From positions 1 to 64,000 of the forward strand of contig CAWBHS010000081.1 in the NCBI GenBank assembly GCA_963788655.1: 64,000 nucleotides of DNA. Direction: 5' to 3'. Numbering within the stretch: position 1 is the first letter of the stretch; every line of letters starts with the position of its first letter. The position numbers were made by a program, and so were the translations under genes. The DNA comes from an uncultured Verrucomicrobiae bacterium. Lineage in GTDB: Bacteria; Verrucomicrobiota; Verrucomicrobiia; Limisphaerales; JAFGQR01. Positions 62,201-64,000 of the stretch are shown here, one piece after another. The notes under the pieces were generated by a model that was not told the DNA's origin, ran no database searches, and saw only the letters and a program-made list of their open reading frames with translations.

Positions 62201-64000
62201 GATATCGGCATTGTCGGCGCTGAGCAGATTGACGAAGAATTCCTCAACGTCTTCCATCAGGTTGTCGCCGAGCACTTCCACGGTAATGGTCTTGGTCTGG
62301 TCACCGGGCGCGAACACCAATTCACCCTTTTGCTCCGGCGTCGCCACCGCCAGGAGAGCTTCATCCTGGAGCACCGCGGAATCCGGGATGGCCACGTAAT
62401 CCGGATAATTCAGCACGATGACATCGATGATCCCGTCGCCGTCCAAGTCGCCGGAGAAGACCGATTCGACGGCCGTGCCCGGCGAAGTGGCAAAGGTCAC
62501 CGTGATGGTTTTGCCGCTTACCTCTGAGAGGGTGATGTCGAGGTCAACGAATTTTGAGTCATTGTTGCTCTCGGTAACGGAAGTGGTGAACACCCCGGGT
62601 GGGGCTCCAGTAGGCGCAATGGAGACGCTAACCGGCGCGTCATCGTCGGGAATGATGCCAAACGCTCGACCATCCTCAATACGGGCAAAGGCGGGATTGA
62701 ACAAGTCCACGTAGAATTCTTCATCCACTTCGTCGAGGGTGTCGTCGATACATTGAACTTCGACCACTTGCGTCGTTTCGCCGGGCTCGAACGTGATCAG
62801 CGGCGTGGGATTCATGACGTTCGGCACCACTTGGTAATCCGCGCCCGGCAGACCCGAAGGCGTCGCCGCGCCGTTCAAAGGCAACCCGAAGGAGTTGACC
62901 GCCACGTCGGTCCGCCATTCCACCGTGACGGTATATTGGCTCGGGTTGGAGAGTGTCACCACGAACCGGGCGGTCGTGCCTTCGCCCACTTCATAAACCT
63001 TTTTACCGGCATCGTCCAGGGTGGAAGGCGGCAAATAATCCTGAATGGAAATGGTCGGAATCGGATCGTCGTTGATGATCGTCCCAAAGGCCTGAATGGT
63101 GCCGGCGCCAAACGGATTGGTGAGGCTCAGGAGGAATTGCTCGTTGTCCTCATACATGCTGTCGCTGAAGACCGTGACTGCGACCTGGGCGGTGACTTCG
63201 CCCTGGTTGATCACGAGCGTCTGGTTGCTCAGCGCAGCGTAGTCGCCGCTGGCCGCGGTGGCCGAACCATTCAGGATGCTGTAGGGGATGTTCAACGTGC
63301 TGCCCGCCGGGCCCGAAAGCTTGATGGTGAAGACCAATTGGGTCTGACCCACGTTGCCTTCGTTCACGGAAACATCGTTTACGGAAATGGTCGGATTGCC
63401 CGTGTAACCGGCGGTCACGTTGCTTTCGGTGGTGTCGTAACCGACGTGGAACGGATCAGTTTCGCCCGTGGTCGTGTCCGCGTCACTGTCATCGCCAGCT
63501 TCATTGGCCGAGCTGGCGCCGCCGGCATTCTTCACGGCAAAACTCAGACCGGTCAGCGTGAAGAACTTCAGACGGTAATCGAGGGGGTCCAGGCCGACGA
63601 ACTCGAAACTGCCATCCGATTCGGTCTTCACGGTCGCCAGCACATCGCCGGTGCTTTGGCGGATCAACTTCACGGTCACCCCGCCAACGCCGGCTTCGTC
63701 GTCATCCTGGAGACCGTTAAGGTTGTTGTCATAAAAGACCGCCGACTTGATGGCGATGCCGGTGTTGCGGTCGCCCTCGCGGCCCATCGAGTCATCGCCG
63801 AAGATGGTGTCGTTGCCCGGACCGCCGTCAAAGAAGTCGTTGGCGTCTTCCTCGATGGTGTCGGTTTCACCCTTATTCAGGAAATTGCCGCCATACATCA
63901 GGTCGTTGCCTTCGCCGCCGAAAAGGACGTCCACGTTGCCGCCGCCAATGATCACGTCGTTGCCGCTGCCGGTCAGTCCTTCCACACTAACGCCGTCGGT
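56232..64000 (-). CDS. Giant RTX-repeat / Calx-beta / SdrD-B-like adhesin, 3' part (frameshift near 58477)
   Basis: Numerous GGxGxD nonapeptides; Calx-beta units (TADGTA..G.DY...LTF..GET..E.F.V.L); FYD.N.NG..D..E.G..V SdrD-like units. More than 2580 codons, extending beyond the window. Confidence 0.9.

Overview
A 64-kb bacterial chromosomal window of high GC content. Gene content and repeat style point to Verrucomicrobiota (Pedosphaerales/Limisphaerales-like): DUF1501 + PSD1/PSCyt, DUF1080, GEVED/Calx-beta surface proteins, and many palindromic intergenic repeats. This taxonomy is inference. Housekeeping and translation genes: two divergent EF-G paralogs, ileS, dtd, rlmN, hisH, a DHPS-like protein, and an RRM protein-infC-DEAD helicase cluster. 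Accessory genes: two apparently identical 1643-bp ISL3 elements with 8-bp TSDs, each inserted inside a small intergenic repeat; AmrS-AmrB; a tandem M14 peptidase pair (one intact, one catalytically dead); a ParE-type toxin-antitoxin pair; a sigma54 activator-Ku-LigD operon facing a DUF892 ferritin-like gene; a GEVED/IgGFc/HYR surface protein; and the 3' part of a giant RTX/Calx-beta adhesin. At least seven families of REP-like palindromes and several gene remnants are present. Many genes carry frameshifts, most densely ileS and the first ORF, and these are most likely sequencing/assembly errors. I recognised no rRNA, tRNA or CRISPR array. All family assignments come from motif recognition by eye, not from database searches.
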